DNA of 64,000 nt from Gammaproteobacteria bacterium (GTDB taxonomy: Bacteria > Pseudomonadota > Gammaproteobacteria > Eutrophobiales > Eutrophobiaceae), in NCBI GenBank assembly GCA_965250225.1, contig CBDFNQ010000038.1, positions 118,851 through 182,850 of the forward strand, in the 5' to 3' direction. Numbering within the stretch: position 1 is the stretch's first letter; every line of letters begins with the position of its first letter. The notes under the pieces were generated by a model that was not told the origin of the DNA, did not search any database, and saw only the letters and a program-made list of their open reading frames with translations. Both the position numbers and the translations under genes were made by a program. This document shows, piece by piece, positions 52,869-62,906 of this stretch.

Positions 52869-55800
52869 CTAAGTATCTAGTATTTCTCCAACTTTTTTCT
52901 CAATCTGTTTTTCTTTCTTTTCTGATTGATCATCATCTTTGCTATCTGGATCACCATCTTCAGAATCATCATCTTTAGAAGCAGTAAGAACAGCTAAAGG
53001 GTCAATATGTCTCCATGTTGGTAATGATGAAAGTAATACCGAAAACAACCACTCAACCCGTAACAACCACGATAATGAACCAACAGACAGTGTTAAACCA
53101 ATTGTCTTGCCAATGTTTTCCGCAATTTCGATTTTCTTCTGCCCGGCATCATCAGATACATCCATCTCTTCTCTAAAATTCGAAAGTGCCTCTTCAAAAG
53201 TACGTTGAGTGTCTGACGTGTTTTCTAACAACCCACTGGACTCAAGTATATCTCTACCAGCATCTCGTATCTTTGCTAATTCTATAAATATGTGTTCTGT
53301 TACTGTTCTATCATTTTGTAAATTATCACGATCGAAACTGTTCGAATTTAGAACAATCTGTTCAACTCCTTTATCTTGATTCAAGATATTCTGAGAATCC
53401 AAAATTGTTTCTGGCATTTTTGTATTTGAATTTTCTATGTTCAAAGAATTAATAACTATCTTGAGGGCGGCACTGGTTTCTTCATTAATTGTTAATTCAG
53501 CACTTAATAATTCACTTTCTTGATTCTCATCAGTTATGATTTCCAGTGTCATAGCAGACTCCGGCTCATCAACAATGATTTCACTGACACTGACTGCTAC
53601 TGGTCCTACACCGATGGCACCATCAAACACTGTCAGCGAATAATTTGGCGCGGCCCCACCGAAATGCACAAACTGAATATCACCATTATTAATATCTTCC
53701 TGAGTAAAGGTACTTATCAAAACACCAGGATTACTCACAGCTTCAAACTGTCCACCAGTAATTCCCGAAATAGTAAAGGTCAAATCGGCATCTAAATTAT
53801 CGACATCCGATGTAAGGATATTGGTTGTACTTAATAAGGTGGTTTGTCCAGAGATATAAGCTAGCTGATTTGTGTTAAAAACCGGTGCATCGTTGACTGG
53901 ATTAACGGTGATACTCACTACTTGTGTGGTGGTGCCTCCAAGGTCGTCGGTGACAGTGACGGTAAAGTTATCGCTACCGAACCAGTTTGGATCCGTCGGA
54001 GTAAACGTCCACGCACCCGTGGCGGGGTTGATAGCAGCCGTGCCATTGGTAGCCGGAGTGGTGACAGTAAAATACGTATTATCCGTTAAACCCTCAGCGT
54101 CCGTAGCCGTCATCGTGCCGCCCACAGTATCGCCTTCGTTGCCGCTGTAACTGATGTCCCCGGTAATGACCGCGCTATCGTCGACCCCACTAACCGTCAC
54201 CGTCGTGTCGTAGTTGGTACTGGTGCCTCCATCGCCATCGGTGAGCACGTAGCGCACCGTACGATTACCTGTGGTCGGGTTGTCGGTGTCGGTGTTCTCA
54301 TACGTGATGTTTTGCGTGAGGGCGCTGACCGCCGTCGCATCGGCACTAGCGTTTAACGCGATCACCAAGTCCGTGCCACCGGTGCCGCCGGTGAATGTCC
54401 CAATCGTCACGCCTTGATACGTGACGTTACTTCCACTCACACCAACCTGCCCCGCCGCCGTGCCTTGGTTCCGGATGGCCAGCACATCCTCCGCACTGTC
54501 ACTGCCCGCTTGGAAGGAGACCGTAAGCGTGCCTGTGTCAAAGTCACTGCTGTCCACATCACTGACGACGGCATCCACCCCTTGCTCGATGACCACCGCC
54601 CCGTCGCCTTCGGTGTAGGCCAGGGCATCGCCGCCTAAGTTGGTGATAATCGGCAGGTCGTTTACCGTAGTCACGGTCAAAGTGACGGTCACGGTGTTAG
54701 AATCAATCGTTCCGTCGTTGGCTTTGTAGGTAAACGAGTCGACGCCGTTGAAGTCGGGGTTGGGGGTATAGGTAAACGTGCCATTGGCGTTGAGGACCAG
54801 CGTGCCGTTGCTGACGTCTGTTACTAGCACCGCGGTCAGCGGATCGGCATCGGCGTCAGTGTCGTTGAATAGTATGCCGGGATCGTTGTTCTCAAACCAG
54901 GCCACCGTGTCGTCGCCGCCTGACGCCGCCAACACATCTAGATCACCATCTCCATCCACATCCGCTATCGCGACAGAGATCGCCCCATCGGCCGTATTGG
55001 TGAGCACCTGCGCGGCGCCAAAGGTCCCCAACCCGTCGGTGTTCTCAAACCACGCCACCGTGTCGCCAAACACTGACGCCGCCACCACGTCCAGATCTCC
55101 ATCCCCATCCACATCCGCTGCCATGACAGAAGACGGCCCATTGGTCGTATTATTGATTACCTGCTCAGAGCCAAACGTCCCCAGCCCGTCGGTGTTCTCA
55201 TACCACACCACCGTGTCGCTCACGCGTATGGCTGCCACCACGTCCAGATCCCCATCTCCGTCCACATCCGCTGTCGTGACAGATCTCGCCCCATTGGCCG
55301 AATTGTCGATCAACTGCTCGGCACCAAACGTGCCCAGCCCGTCGGTGTTCTCATACCACGCCACCGTGTCGCCGATAAGTGACGCCACCAGGACGTCCTG
55401 ATCGCCATCCCCATCCACATCCGCTGCGGTAACATCGACTGCCCCATCGGCCGTATTGGTGAGCACCTGTTCGGTGCCAAACGTCCCCAGCCCGTCGGTG
55501 TTCTCATACCACGCCACCGTGTCGTCGTTTTTTGATGCCGCCAGCACGTCCAGATCCCCATCTCCGTCCACATCTGTTGCCACAATCGAGTAAGCCCCAT
55601 CGGCCGTATTCGTGATCACCTGTTCGGCACCAAACGTCCCCAGCCCGTCGGTGTTCTCATACCACGCCACCGTGTCGTCGTTTGTTGACGCCGCCAACAC
55701 ATCCAGATCCCCGTCTCCATCCACATCCGCTGCGGTCACAGCGAATGCCCCATCGGCCAGATTGGTGATCACCTGCTCGGCGCCAAACGTCCCCAGCCCG

Positions 55801-58634
55801 TCGATGTTCTCAAACCACGCCACCGTGTCGCCGTTATCTGACGCCGCCAACACATCCAAATCCCCATCACCGTCCACATCCGCTGCCACCACCGAGTGAG
55901 CCCCATTGGCCGTATTGGTAATCACCTGCTCTGTGAAGGGCGCAAGCAGCGTGGTGGTCAGTGAGCCATCTTCTAACAGATTGTAACTATCGGGGGCCGC
56001 AACTGGTGCATCATTCACCCCCGTGACTGTGATCGCCACTGCGTCCACATCCGTCACACTGTTGCCGTCCGTGCTCGTCATCGTCAGCGAGTCCGCCCCG
56101 GTGTAGTTGAGCGTGCCTTGATAGCTGAGGCTGGCCAAGGTCGCATTGATGTCGGCTTGCGTGCCCGACAAGGTCAGCGTGCTCGTGCCATTGCCCCCTG
56201 CACTGATACTGGCCGCCCCACTCACCGTCACCGTCACCGTCCCTTGCGTCACCCCCAACTGCACCGTGCTCAGGTTGCCGTCCACATCCATCACCGAGAG
56301 CCCACTGATGTTGAGCGCCGTGTCTTCGGCCACCACTTGCGCCCCCGGCACCGTGTTCACCGGCGCGTCGTTGGTTGGAGTGATGGTGAGAGTCACGGTC
56401 GTGGTATTGGAATCTGCTGTGCCATCATTCGTTTTATAGGTAAAGCTATCGGAAAAGTTCTCACTGCCATCATGCGTGTACGTGAAGCTGCCATCTGCGT
56501 TGAGGGTGAAGCTGCTGGCATGGCTGGGGCCGGACACTAAGATCGACGTGAGCGAATCATTCGCATCAACGTCGCTGTCGTTGGCTAAGACACTGAGCCC
56601 GTCGTTTTCATACCAGGCAATCGTGTCGTCGGACTCTGAGGCCGAGAGCACATCCAAATCACCATCACCATCCACATCGCCAGTCGCCACCACCACCGCG
56701 CCATCGGCACTGGTCGTAATCGTATGAGCCGTAAAGTTTTCACTGCCGTCGTTTTCATACCATGTGACCGCATCATCAAGGAATGCTGCGGAGAGGACAT
56801 CCACATCTCCATCCCCATCCATATCTCCGGTTGTGACAAAATAAGCGGCGGCGGCGCTGGTTGTGATCGTATGTTCCGTGAAGTTTTCACTCCCATCGTT
56901 CTCGTACCAGGCGATCGTGTCGTCAGAGTTTGAAGCGGACAAGACATCCAAGTCGCCGTCCCCATCCATGTCCACCGTGGTGACCGAACGAGCGCCATCC
57001 GCGCTGGTCGTGATGGTATGTTTGGTAAAGTTCTCACTGCCGTCATTCTCGTACCACGCAATCGTATCGTCATTGCTCGACGCCGAGAGGACATCCAGGT
57101 CACCATCCCCATCCACATCCGCGGTCGTTGCAGCACGGACGCTATCGGCAGTAGTCGTGATGGTATGTTTGGTAAAGTTCTCGCTCCCATCGTTCTCGTA
57201 CCAGGCGACGGTATCGTCATTGCTCGACGCCGAGAGGACATCCAGGTCTCCATCCCCATCCATATCCGCCGTTACGGCGGAATAGACGCCATCGGCGCTA
57301 GTTGTAATAATATGCTCGGTAAAGTTTTCACTGCCGTCGTTCTCATACCACGCAATGGTATCGTCGTTCGTAGAGGCCGCTAGCACATCCAGGTCGCCGT
57401 CGCCATCCATGTCCGCCGCCTCAACCCAGTGGGCCGCATCAGCGCTGGTCGTGATGGTATGCTTGGTAAAGTTTTCACTGCCATCGTTCTCGTACCACGC
57501 AATGGTGTCATCGGCATCCGAAGCCACCAGCACATCCAGATCCCCATCACCATCGACATCCGCACTTGAAACAAAACGGGCGCCATCGGCCACAGTAGTA
57601 ATCGTATGCTCGGTTAGGGTATTGCTGGTGTCGACCGTCAGTGTCCCGCCTTCAGCCACTGTATAACTGTCCGGGTTGGCCACAGGGGCAGCTAAGACTC
57701 CTTCAAATGCCTCTTGGGCTTGTTCATCCACGATCACCGAACTTTCAATCTCACCAACGATATATTCCAGATCCCAGTCACCACCAAGCTCAGCACTGCC
57801 GGTCAGGTCATCAGACGCCGCAACATCTGCCTGTGTCAATTGACTCAACGAATTGATCAGACTTTGTCCGTCTTCACTTGCTGCCAGATTACAACCGTAA
57901 ATCAGGAAGTCTCCATCCGTGGTAAAAGATTCAGACCAGGATTCGATCGTTTCAATGTTCTGACTTAGAATGTCAGAATCCAGCTGAGTGTTACCGATAT
58001 CAATGCTGCCGTCACTACCATGCGAAATCAGATGTACTGAATCAAGATTCTGATATGTTGATAACACTTCAGAGATTTGTTCAATGCCATTTCGTTCATT
58101 ATCGAGCACAATGACTTCGATATTACGATCTTCATCTCCCTGCGCCATAACGTCATTCAGCAATTGCTGATAGTTTTCAACATCGGTGTCGATGAAGACT
58201 AATTCATGTGGCTGAGTATCGGCTGTATCTGTCAGAGTACTGGTGTCGATTGTAGAGTTGATCGGCTCATCATTATCTGTCTCTTCGCCAACAAGGCTCT
58301 GTTGAACTGCTTCGAATTCCTCTATGATCACACCTTCGATGTTATCAAGTACAGAACTGATGTTGTCTATGTCGCTGTCGTTAGTTTGCTGATCAAAATT
58401 GAGAACGATAAATTCTGTTTCTATATAGGGTTGTTCAGAGACAACCAGAGGGGTATCTGAAGCAGTTGTTTCTTCGTTGGTATTATCAGATTCCGGAACC
58501 AGTTGAGCTTCCAGGGCAACGGGTTCGACCAGATCAGCGGCGAGATTAACATCCATTCCACCCAGTCCATCGGCAGAAAATAATATTCTGGGCTCTTCGG
58601 CTTCAAACGTCGCTTGAGATATTTTTTTTTTCAT
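52869..58634 (-). CDS. Giant surface/secreted protein: DUF4347 N-terminal domain, two seven-bladed FG-GAP beta-propellers, cadherin/VCBS-like domains, C-terminal hydrophobic segment and acidic tail. No N-terminal signal peptide.
   Basis: Start taken at the internal Met (MKKKISQ, nt 58634) rather than the ORF-track start at 58676. DUF4347 hallmarks (VFIDTDVENYQQLL…HLISHGSDGSIDIGNTQL…LIYGCNLAASEDGQSLINSLSQLTQADVAASDDLTGSAELGGDWDLEY). 7 + 7 FG-GAP repeats (ADVDGDGDLDVL.AS..DDT.AWYENDG…). TNDAPV/VNDAPV cadherin-like domain boundaries. C-terminus TIGLTLSVGSLSWLLRVEWLFSVLLSSL then D/E/K-rich tail. Confidence 0.85.
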   Translation of the reverse strand: MKKKISQATFEAEEPRILFSADGLGGMDVNLAADLVEPVALEAQLVPESDNTNEETTASDTPLVVSEQPYIETEFIVLNFDQQTNDSDIDNISSVLDNIEGVIIEEFEAVQQSLVGEETDNDEPINSTIDTSTLTDTADTQPHELVFIDTDVENYQQLLNDVMAQGDEDRNIEVIVLDNERNGIEQISEVLSTYQNLDSVHLISHGSDGSIDIGNTQLDSDILSQNIETIESWSESFTTDGDFLIYGCNLAASEDGQSLINSLSQLTQADVAASDDLTGSAELGGDWDLEYIVGEIESSVIVDEQAQEAFEGVLAAPVANPDSYTVAEGGTLTVDTSNTLTEHTITTVADGARFVSSADVDGDGDLDVLVASDADDTIAWYENDGSENFTKHTITTSADAAHWVEAADMDGDGDLDVLAASTNDDTIAWYENDGSENFTEHIITTSADGVYSAVTADMDGDGDLDVLSASSNDDTVAWYENDGSENFTKHTITTTADSVRAATTADVDGDGDLDVLSASSNDDTIAWYENDGSENFTKHTITTSADGARSVTTVDMDGDGDLDVLSASNSDDTIAWYENDGSENFTEHTITTSAAAAYFVTTGDMDGDGDVDVLSAAFLDDAVTWYENDGSENFTAHTITTSADGAVVVATGDVDGDGDLDVLSASESDDTIAWYENDGLSVLANDSDVDANDSLTSILVSGPSHASSFTLNADGSFTYTHDGSENFSDSFTYKTNDGTADSNTTTVTLTITPTNDAPVNTVPGAQVVAEDTALNISGLSVMDVDGNLSTVQLGVTQGTVTVTVSGAASISAGGNGTSTLTLSGTQADINATLASLSYQGTLNYTGADSLTMTSTDGNSVTDVDAVAITVTGVNDAPVAAPDSYNLLEDGSLTTTLLAPFTEQVITNTANGAHSVVAADVDGDGDLDVLAASDNGDTVAWFENIDGLGTFGAEQVITNLADGAFAVTAADVDGDGDLDVLAASTNDDTVAWYENTDGLGTFGAEQVITNTADGAYSIVATDVDGDGDLDVLAASKNDDTVAWYENTDGLGTFGTEQVLTNTADGAVDVTAADVDGDGDQDVLVASLIGDTVAWYENTDGLGTFGAEQLIDNSANGARSVTTADVDGDGDLDVVAAIRVSDTVVWYENTDGLGTFGSEQVINNTTNGPSSVMAADVDGDGDLDVVAASVFGDTVAWFENTDGLGTFGAAQVLTNTADGAISVAIADVDGDGDLDVLAASGGDDTVAWFENNDPGILFNDTDADADPLTAVLVTDVSNGTLVLNANGTFTYTPNPDFNGVDSFTYKANDGTIDSNTVTVTLTVTTVNDLPIITNLGGDALAYTEGDGAVVIEQGVDAVVSDVDSSDFDTGTLTVSFQAGSDSAEDVLAIRNQGTAAGQVGVSGSNVTYQGVTIGTFTGGTGGTDLVIALNASADATAVSALTQNITYENTDTDNPTTGNRTVRYVLTDGDGGTSTNYDTTVTVSGVDDSAVITGDISYSGNEGDTVGGTMTATDAEGLTDNTYFTVTTPATNGTAAINPATGAWTFTPTDPNWFGSDNFTVTVTDDLGGTTTQVVSITVNPVNDAPVFNTNQLAYISGQTTLLSTTNILTSDVDNLDADLTFTISGITGGQFEAVSNPGVLISTFTQEDINNGDIQFVHFGGAAPNYSLTVFDGAIGVGPVAVSVSEIIVDEPESAMTLEIITDENQESELLSAELTINEETSAALKIVINSLNIENSNTKMPETILDSQNILNQDKGVEQIVLNSNSFDRDNLQNDRTVTEHIFIELAKIRDAGRDILESSGLLENTSDTQRTFEEALSNFREEMDVSDDAGQKKIEIAENIGKTIGLTLSVGSLSWLLRVEWLFSVLLSSLPTWRHIDPLAVLTASKDDDSEDGDPDSKDDDQSEKKEKQIEKKVGEILDT
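54806..57596. repeat. Intragenic tandem DNA repeats (~240-250 bp units) encoding the two sets of FG-GAP blades
   Basis: Highly similar nucleotide units repeated 7x at ~56606-57596 and 7x at ~54806-55886. This generates many spurious antisense and alternate-frame ORFs in the six-frame track (e.g. 54778-55401, 56585-57259). Confidence 0.8.
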
Positions 58635-58753
58635 ATGACATGCTGGCGATATATTTAGTCGGATCTGGCTGACCAACCTTATATATCGTCAGAAAATATA
58701 AAAACTTGAATGTTCTCGAAAGAGATGAAGCCCTGTTCCCTATTCTCTTTTAA

Positions 58754-60751
58754 CTATTCAGCAGTTCCTGAAAATGACAACATATCGCCGAGCCGCTCTT
58801 CCTGTTTTTCAAGGGCGCGCCGTGCCTTGCGATGACGATGCTCCAGCATGGATTGGGAGCGATTCATCAACCAATTACCAAGTCCAGTGGGAATTTCACC
58901 TTTACCGAATGAAAATACAACGATTAAATATCGAAGCCATTTGGAGTAATGCTCATAGGGTATTTCATCGTCCAGTGCGGTAAAAATCTGATAACTACCC
59001 GGGTCTCCCTGACGAGAGCTGCGACCAATCAACTGACGATCAATCCGGTTAGCTTCATTACGTTCAGTGATGATCACGTGCAGACCGCCATTCGCACTGG
59101 CCTGATCGCTCAACTTGATATCGGTACCTCGGCCAGCCATGTTAGTAGCGACCGTAACAGCCCCTACCTCTCCTGCAGCGGCAATGATCTCAGCTTCGAG
59201 CGCATCTTGTCTGGCGTTTAATACTTTCGCCTCAATCCCCAGCTTGTTCAGCATTACCCCAAACCGTTCGGACATCTCCACCGAGCGAGTCCCTACCAAA
59301 ACTGGCCTGCCCATCTTGACCAGTTTTTCTACACTCATAAGGATTGCCCGATTTTTATGTTCAGAGTTTATAAAAGTCCGTGGGCGCGAAACTGTTCGTT
59401 TACAGCGTTTATGTGTCGGAATTCGAACAACGGGTAAGCGATAAACAGAGGCAAGTTCTTTTTCTATCTTTAGTGCAGTGCCTGTCATACCACCAAGTTT
59501 TAGGTAACGACGAAAGAAACGTTGATAACTGATTCGTGCCAGGGTTTCCTTGTTCCCAGAGATCTCACACCCTTCTTTTACTTCTACCATTTGATGCAGA
59601 CCACGTTCCCAGGATCGATCCGCCATTAAACGACCGGTATTATCATCAATGATCTGTACTTTATTATCTTTAACCAGATAATGACGATCGCGGACGAAGA
59701 GATAAAGTGCCATCAAGGCCTGTTCAACAAGCTCTTCACGCCAACGACTGGCTCTCCACATTGGATCCAGATCCTCAACCATCTTTTCCAGAGATACCAA
59801 ACCTTGATCGGTAAACTGGAGTCTACGTTCACGTTGATGAATGATGAAATCAACATCCAGATGGAGATCGCCAGCAAGTGTCAAAGCCTGATGATAAATT
59901 TCCGGGTCTTCACCGCTTTCTATAGGATTTGATAATATCAAAGGTGTCCTTGCTTCATCGATCAAGACACTGTCTGCCTCATCTACGATTGCGTAGCACA
60001 GACCTCTTAGCATTAGTTTCGATGTGGCATTATTATCATCATACAATCTCTGTAATTTCATATGAGTTGCACTGGCTGTGTTACCTCGGGCAACACGATC
60101 ACGTAAATAATCAAATGCAATTTGTTTGTTGGTGCAATAGGTCACATCACAGTTGTATGCTTGTGTACGTTCATCGGTGTCCATACCTTCAATAACTGAA
60201 CCAACACTGAGTCCTAATCTTTCATAAACCGGACGCATGATCTCTGCATCACGTCCGGCCAGATAATCATTCGTTGTAATAACATGAACAGGAATACCCG
60301 TCATCGCTGCGGCACAGGCAGGTAATGTTGCAGTCAGAGTTTTACCTTCTCCGGTTTGCATTTCTGCGAGCAGGCCATTGTACAATACCCATCCACCTTT
60401 TATCTGAGAGGGAAAGTGTCTAAGCCCTAGAGTTCGATCAGCGACCTCTCGTACTGCTGCAAATGCCTGAATTGCCAAATCTTCACCTGCATCGCTGCGG
60501 GCAAGTCTGAGTTTTAATCCTGTTATCGCCAGGTCAAGAACATCATCTGGCATTCTTTTTAATGATTCGCCGGCTTTTTCGATGCGTTCGACGACCTTAT
60601 CCAGATTCGATGATGAGAGTACGCGGTTGGCTTCTAACCGTAACCATGATGACTCAACCGCGTTTTCGAACCAACCTGAATTTTCTGCTAGCCATTCCGG
60701 ATAACTTCCTAACGCAAGTCCTGGACGTGATTCTAATTGTAAACCAATCAT
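58754..60751 (-). CDS. SecA-like ATPase: SecA motor core (NBD1-PPXD-NBD2) with a novel ~40-aa N-terminal extension and lacking helical-wing, IRA1 and C-terminal zinc-binding domains
   Basis: Collinear with the SecA N-terminus (AFAAVREVADRTLGLRHFPSQIKGGWVL vs SecA [28 protein letters not shown]). Walker A MQTGEGKTLTATLP, HVITTNDYLAGRDAE, motif AGRGTDIKL, LIGRSSRQGDPGSYQ (SecA: RGRSGRQGDPGSS). Only 665 aa versus ~900 for SecA. Ends shortly after the first scaffold helix. Confidence 0.8.
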   Translation of the reverse strand: MIGLQLESRPGLALGSYPEWLAENSGWFENAVESSWLRLEANRVLSSSNLDKVVERIEKAGESLKRMPDDVLDLAITGLKLRLARSDAGEDLAIQAFAAVREVADRTLGLRHFPSQIKGGWVLYNGLLAEMQTGEGKTLTATLPACAAAMTGIPVHVITTNDYLAGRDAEIMRPVYERLGLSVGSVIEGMDTDERTQAYNCDVTYCTNKQIAFDYLRDRVARGNTASATHMKLQRLYDDNNATSKLMLRGLCYAIVDEADSVLIDEARTPLILSNPIESGEDPEIYHQALTLAGDLHLDVDFIIHQRERRLQFTDQGLVSLEKMVEDLDPMWRASRWREELVEQALMALYLFVRDRHYLVKDNKVQIIDDNTGRLMADRSWERGLHQMVEVKEGCEISGNKETLARISYQRFFRRYLKLGGMTGTALKIEKELASVYRLPVVRIPTHKRCKRTVSRPRTFINSEHKNRAILMSVEKLVKMGRPVLVGTRSVEMSERFGVMLNKLGIEAKVLNARQDALEAEIIAAAGEVGAVTVATNMAGRGTDIKLSDQASANGGLHVIITERNEANRIDRQLIGRSSRQGDPGSYQIFTALDDEIPYEHYSKWLRYLIVVFSFGKGEIPTGLGNWLMNRSQSMLEHRHRKARRALEKQEERLGDMLSFSGTAE

Positions 60752-60757
60752 AAAAAC

Positions 60758-62902
60758 CTACACACCAAAGCGCCCAAGGAACAATTGCCTGACAATTCGG
60801 TAACATTGCATTGCCAGAGGTTCTTCCCCATGATTAAAACGTACATACACACGTAAACCTATCGGTGCGTTTGTTAGTTTGGTATCCAACGCAACTTCAT
60901 AATGGAATACTGATTCCAAAGTTTTGATGCCCTGTTCATCATTTGGATCGACTGTAATAGATCCTCCCCCAGCCCTCCCCAGTACTTTACTTGGCAATTT
61001 ATCCTGAGCTGAGGGAACCGCAGAGATAACGGTTGCGCGATAAGTCTTGTTGATATTGTTAGCCAATATTACCGATACATCCTTGTAACCTTCTCTGATA
61101 CGACCAATACGGTTTTGTGGAATTGCTATTTTAACTTTCATAGCATTCTCTCCAACCACATACCCAAGGTGGTCACCTTTTCGAATGTATTGGTTTTTTA
61201 GATCACCAAATTCCAATGGTACAAATCGACCATTGGCTGGGCTAATAACTACCAGATTTTTGACTCGTTCCTGAATCTGACGAAATTCAGCACGTTTCGC
61301 CAACAAGCTTTCTTCATACAGATTGGCTTCGAGCAAATCGGTGTTCTTTGCAATTCGATAACGGACTGATAATTCATTAAGCTCAGCTTTAACTATTTCA
61401 AGCTTATGTCGATCAATAGGAGTATCCAGTTCAATCAATGATTGGCCAATGCTTACATTACTAAATGGTTGAATCAATACGTCATTGACAAAACCTTCAC
61501 CAGTCGCCTTTATCAAAGCTTCATCCGGTGGAAATAATACCCCCTCACTACGTGTAGTTGATGGTACTGGAACAACACAAAATACATAAAACAACGAAGT
61601 AAGAAAAACTAAAGTAATCGTGATACTAAAAAATCTTTTTTGTTGCACGCGAGGATCAAGCAAAACGAATGAAATCGCTTTCCATATAGGCAACAGGATT
61701 TGTAACACCACAGCCCACAACGCGAAAATAATGCCAATGACAAAAAATTTTCCCGCAACAAACCAGATTATCGTTATGGTTATAAACCAACGATACAACG
61801 TGGAAGTAATTCCATAGACAACAAACCAGAATCGCTCACCCGCGCGTCCTACTGGTGATATGGCATCTTTTAACAGGAACAGATATCGCTGTATCAGATA
61901 AGTGAGATATCGCGAAGAGCGTGTCGCCAGACTAGGGACTTCTATCAAATCTTCGAGAATGTAATAGGCATCAAATTTCAGTAATGGATTACCATTAAAA
62001 ATAAGTGTTGATACGCCTGCGATCAATATAACGTTAAAGGCAATCATACGGACAATGCTATCTTCGACAGATAGCCAGAGGAACAATGCAAGACTCGCCA
62101 GGAATACTTCTACCATCATGCCTGCAGCACTGACGATCATGCGTTGATACTTGTGTCGACATACCGAGGAGGAGCTGGCGTCTACGTATGGCACAGGGAT
62201 AAATACCAGAAAACTGATACCCATTTCATGCACCTCTCCACCCCATTTTTTGGTAGTAATAGCATGTCCAAATTCATGAAATACTTTGACGAATGGATAT
62301 ATGAAGCCCAGTATGATCAGATTGTCGACTTCCAGAACATTTGTTACAGCATAGTCTTTTAAACTTGACCACTCAGGTGCCGCTGCAAATAATGCTAACG
62401 TAACTACCAGTAACCAGATAATAAATCCAAATGGGTTGAATAATTTCCCCAATACCGGAGTAATAATTTTTAACAGTGCATCTGGATCGAACAGAGGGAT
62501 CTTTAGAGACATAGGACTGCGTAATTTCTGCATCCATTTCTTCCGTCGTTGTTCTTCACCACGGCGGAATAATTCAAGACAATCGGGTGTCATTCTCCCC
62601 TGCAGAGAATCAGCCTTGTGTAGACGACTTAAAATACCGATGATCTCATCCTGAGTTGGAGCGCTATCTTCCATGACGACTAATAAAACTTCCCATATTT
62701 CATGCAACGTCCGTTCACCATTCATACGTCCTACCAATTCATAGGCAGCTTCATTAAATCGATAGAATTTTCCGTTACTGTGATCCTGTAATATATAGGT
62801 TGTCTGATTACCATAAGGTTGTCGGTGAATTTCGACATGATTACGTAACTGCGGTTTTAAATTTGCGACCCGATACCAGGAAAAGCTGTACATACTGGAC
62901 AT
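60758..62902 (-). CDS. Fusion protein: N-terminal cytoplasmic domain + peptidase M50 (site-2 protease-like, HExxH) polytopic membrane domain + HlyD-like membrane-fusion (periplasmic adaptor) domain
   Basis: Zinc motif FHEFGHAITTKKWGG within multi-TM region (6+ hydrophobic helices, aa ~150-440). C-terminal ~270 aa with coiled-coil (LEIVKAELNELSVRYRIAKNTDLLEANLYEESLLAKRAEFRQIQ) and beta-barrel/lipoyl-like segments typical of HlyD/MFP proteins. 6-nt spacing to the SecA-like gene. Confidence 0.75.
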   Translation of the reverse strand: MSSMYSFSWYRVANLKPQLRNHVEIHRQPYGNQTTYILQDHSNGKFYRFNEAAYELVGRMNGERTLHEIWEVLLVVMEDSAPTQDEIIGILSRLHKADSLQGRMTPDCLELFRRGEEQRRKKWMQKLRSPMSLKIPLFDPDALLKIITPVLGKLFNPFGFIIWLLVVTLALFAAAPEWSSLKDYAVTNVLEVDNLIILGFIYPFVKVFHEFGHAITTKKWGGEVHEMGISFLVFIPVPYVDASSSSVCRHKYQRMIVSAAGMMVEVFLASLALFLWLSVEDSIVRMIAFNVILIAGVSTLIFNGNPLLKFDAYYILEDLIEVPSLATRSSRYLTYLIQRYLFLLKDAISPVGRAGERFWFVVYGITSTLYRWFITITIIWFVAGKFFVIGIIFALWAVVLQILLPIWKAISFVLLDPRVQQKRFFSITITLVFLTSLFYVFCVVPVPSTTRSEGVLFPPDEALIKATGEGFVNDVLIQPFSNVSIGQSLIELDTPIDRHKLEIVKAELNELSVRYRIAKNTDLLEANLYEESLLAKRAEFRQIQERVKNLVVISPANGRFVPLEFGDLKNQYIRKGDHLGYVVGENAMKVKIAIPQNRIGRIREGYKDVSVILANNINKTYRATVISAVPSAQDKLPSKVLGRAGGGSITVDPNDEQGIKTLESVFHYEVALDTKLTNAPIGLRVYVRFNHGEEPLAMQCYRIVRQLFLGRFGV

Positions 62903-62906
62903 AACT

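Noticed and set aside
54806-57596. Possible CRISPR-like or transposon repeats in the 54.8-57.6 kb region
   Set aside because: The ~240-bp periodicity corresponds exactly to protein-level FG-GAP blade repeats within one continuous ORF.
54414-57968. Numerous 60-220-aa ORFs on both strands inside the giant FG-GAP gene (e.g. 54778-55401 +, 56585-57259 -)
   Set aside because: Antisense or alternate-frame artefacts of a long, GC-skewed, tandemly repeated coding region. They are Ser/Pro/Thr/Arg-rich low-complexity translations, entirely nested in the 1935-aa ORF.
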